In this document: one piece after another, positions 60,947-64,000 of the stretch
How positions within the stretch are numbered: the stretch's first letter is position 1
Layout of the letters: each line of letters begins with the position of its first letter
Source of the DNA: Candidatus Eiseniibacteriota bacterium
GTDB taxonomy: Bacteria > Eisenbacteria > RBG-16-71-46 > CAIMUX01 > VGJL01
Direction: 5' to 3'
NCBI GenBank assembly: GCA_963792585.1
Contig: CAWBWI010000006.1
Coordinates: 160,001-224,000 of the forward strand
DNA length: 64,000 nt
Notes under the pieces: generated by a model
What the model was told of the DNA's origin: nothing
What the model saw: the letters and a program-made list of their open reading frames with translations, nothing else
Database searches by the model: none
Program-made: the position numbers and the translations under genes

Positions 60947-63900
60947 AGATCCTCCGTGCCGCCTTCGGCAATCGATCCATGTAGATGTAGAAGACCGGCG
61001 TCACGAAGAGGGTCAGGAACTGCGAGAAGATCAGCCCACCCACGACCGCCAGCCCGAGCGGGCGCCGCGATTCCGCGCCCGCGCCGAGGCCGATCGCGAT
61101 CGGAAGGGTCCCCATGAGCGCCGCCATCGTCGTCATCATGATCGGCCGGAAACGGATCACGCACGCTTCGTAGATCGCCTCGGCGGGCGTCTTCCCCTCG
61201 TTGCGCTGCGCGTCGAGGGCGAAGTCGATCATCATGATCCCGTTCTTCTTGACCGAGCCCGACGAGCATGATGATCCCGACGAAGGCGTAGATGCTCACC
61301 TCGACGCGGAAGAGCCAGAGCGTCACGAGCGCGCCGAAGCCGGCGAACGGTAGCGCCGAGAAGATCGTCAGCGGGTGGATGAAGCTCTCGTAGAGGATCC
61401 CGAGGACGATGTAGATGACGATGATCGTCATGATGAGCAGCATCCCGAGCCCCTTCACCGAAGACTGGAACGCCTGCGCGGTTCCCTGGAAGCTCGTGGC
61501 GATCGTGGCCGGAAGCTCCGCGCGGGCGAGCTCCTGAACGCTCTCCACCGCGCCGCCGAGCGCGATCCCCGGCTTCAGGTTGAACGAGATCGTGACGGCG
61601 GGGAGCTGGCCGAGGTGGTTCACCGACGCGGGGCCGAGCGACTGGCTGATCGTCGCCACGCTCCCGAGCGGCACGAGGCGTCCCGAGGAGGAGCGCACGT
61701 AGAGCATCGAGAGGGCATGCGGATCGAGCTGGTACTCCGGCAGGAGTTCCAGGATCACCTGGTACTGGTTGTTCGGAGTGTAGATGGTCGAGATCTGGCT
61801 CGACGAATAGGAAGACTGCAATGCCGCTTCGATCTGTTGCGCGGTCACGCCCAGCGCCGATGCCCGATCCCGGTCGATCTCGACGTCCACCTGGGGGTTC
61901 TTGATCAGGAGGTCGCTGGTGACGTCCTGCAGCCCCGGGAGATCCCGCATCTTGGCCTCGAGCTTCTGGGCATTCTCGTAGAGCTCGTCGGTGTCGACCC
62001 CCTGCAGCGTGAACTGATACTGCGCCTTCGAAACGGAACCGCCGACGTTGATCGAGGGGGGCACCTGCAGGAAGGCGCGGACTCCCGGGATCTGCGCGAG
62101 CTTGGGTCGCAATCCCTCGATGATCTGCTCGGGCGTGCGCTTGCGCTCCCCGCGCGGCTTCAACCGGATGAAGACGTTCCCCTGGTTCGAGGTGCCGCCC
62201 CCCCGTCCGCCAACGTTCGACATGAAGGCCGCGATGTCCGGATCCTTCGCCAGGACCGCCGCGACCTCCTTCTGGTGCGCGACCATCGCGTCGAAGGCGG
62301 TCCCCTGCGCCATCTCCGTGCTCCCGCGGATCTGGCCGGTGTCCTCCGTGGGCAGGAAACCCTTCGGCGCGACCCGGAACATCACGAAGGTCAGTGCGAG
62401 GATCAGGCCGGAAAAGACCACGACGGCGCGCCGGTGGACGATCGACCACTTGAGACCGCGCTCGTAGGCGGCGAGGAGGGAATCGAAAACGCGCTCGCTC
62501 CAGGCGTAGAAGCGGCCGTGGTGCGCCTGGGCCGAAGGACGCAGCCAGCGGCTCGAGAGCATCGGCGTCAGCGACAACGACACGAATCCGGAGATCAGGA
62601 TCGCGAGTCCGATCGTGACGGCGAACTCGTGGAAGAGCCGCCCCATGATGCCGCCCAGGAAGAGGATCGGGATGAAGACGGCGGCGAGCGAGAGGGTCAT
62701 CGAAAGGATCGTGAACCCGATTTCGCGGGAACCGTTCAGAGCCGCCTCGAGCGGTTTCTCCCCCATCTCCATGTGACGAACGATGTTCTCGAGCATGACG
62801 ATCGCGTCGTCGACCACGAATCCCACCGAGAGGGTCAGGGCCATCAGCGACAGGTTGTCGAGGCTGAAGCCGAGCAGGTGCATCGCCGTGAAGGTGCCGA
62901 CCAGCGACATCGGCAGCGCGAGCGAGGGGATGATCGTGGCCGAGATGTTCCTGAGGAAGAGGAAGATCACCAGGATGACGAGGATCAAGGTGATCAGCAG
63001 CGTGGTCTTGACGTCGTTGACCGATTCGTGGATCGGCAGCGATCGATCGAAGAGGACGTTCATCGTCACCGAGGCGGGCAGCTTCTCACGGAACGTGGGA
63101 AGAAGATCCTGCACGGCCTTCGCGACCGCCACGGTATTCACCCCCGGCTGCTTCTGGATGGCCAGGACGATCGCCCGCTGGTCCACGAACCAGGCCGCGA
63201 CCTTGTTGTTCTCCACACTGTCGAATACCTTGCCGACCTCTTCGAGCCGCACCGGGTGACCGTTGCGGTAGGCGACGATCACCGGCTTGTAGGCGTCCGC
63301 ATCGTAGAGCTGGCCGCTCGCCTGGATTGCGAAGCTCTTCTCGGCGCCGCTCAGGACGCCCGTCGGAAGGTTCACGTTGGCGGCGCGGATCGCGCTCGTG
63401 ATCTCCTCGATCCCGATTCCCATGCTCGCAAGCGCGTTGGGATCGAGCTGCACGCGCACGGCGTATTTCTGCGATCCAAAGACAGAGACCTGGGCCACGC
63501 CGCTCACCATCGAGATCCGCTGGGCGAGCAGCGTCTGCGCGTACTCGTCGAGCTGATAGAGCGGCAGCGTCGCAGAGGTCATCGCGAGGAAGAGAATCGG
63601 CGAGTCGGCGGGATTGACCTTGCGATAGGAAGGTGGGCTCGGCATGTCGCGCGGCAGACGCGAAAGGGTGCCCGCGATCGCCGCCTGCACATCCTGCGCC
63701 GCGGCGTCGATGTCGCGGGAGAGATCGAATTGCAGTGTTACCTGGGTGTTCCCCTGTCCGTTCGTCGAGGTCATCGAGGTGATCCCGGCGATCGTCGAGA
63801 ACTGCTTCTCGAGCGGCGTGGCGACGGCCGCGGCCATGTCTTCAGGACTCGCGCCTGGCACGTTCGCGGACACCTGGATCGTCGGGAAGTCGACGTTGGG

Positions 63901-64000
63901 CAGGTCGCTCACCGGCAGGCTGCGGTAACCCATCACGCCGAAGAGCAGGATCCCGAGCATGATCAAGGTCGTCATGACCGGGCGACGGATGAAGATGCCG
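60918..64000 (-). CDS. RND multidrug efflux permease (MdtB/MdtC/AcrB family); start lies just beyond the window, one frameshift near 61254
   Basis: Motifs [36 protein letters not shown] and [11 protein letters not shown]. The C-terminus [11 protein letters not shown]...RFRPIMMTT...TPVFY is in another frame and ends at 60918. Confidence 0.92.

Noticed and set aside
61245..61262. Programmed frameshift in the RND permease
   Set aside because: A single extra G in CTC-G-GTC-AAG-AAG breaks the conserved GLVKKN motif. Given the other indels, a sequencing error is more likely.

Overview
This is a gene-dense, high-GC bacterial chromosomal segment with about 41 CDS. I found no rRNA, tRNA, CRISPR array or transposase. 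Secreted proteins ending in a PNPF...FDxxGRx...GVYxxRL (FlgD-Ig/T9SS-like) domain suggest an FCB-group diderm, e.g. Eisenbacteria/Latescibacteria-like (inference). Housekeeping and metabolic genes include moaC-moeA, an HhH-GPD glycosylase, a cyclophilin, rpiA, a DnaQ-like exonuclease, tenA, korAB, a tricorn-like protease and a fatty acid desaturase. Envelope and signalling genes include a MacAB-like ABC exporter with many probable sequencing indels, a split cyclic beta-1,2-glucan synthase, a HEAT + HD-GYP pair, glycosyltransferases, a short Rho and an RND pump. The main discovery is two genes that the ORF track truncates at an in-frame TGA, each followed 11-12 nt later by a near-identical TCGCTCC...GGAGCAG hairpin (SECIS-like). 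One is selenophosphate synthetase SelD (CAG-U-AAK). The other, 6 kb away, is a signal-peptide-bearing outer-membrane beta-barrel (COG4313/MetA-pathway-like) whose predicted mature N-terminus is G-G-C-G-U. This is a candidate selenocysteine-containing outer-membrane channel, preceded by a candidate structured RNA leader.
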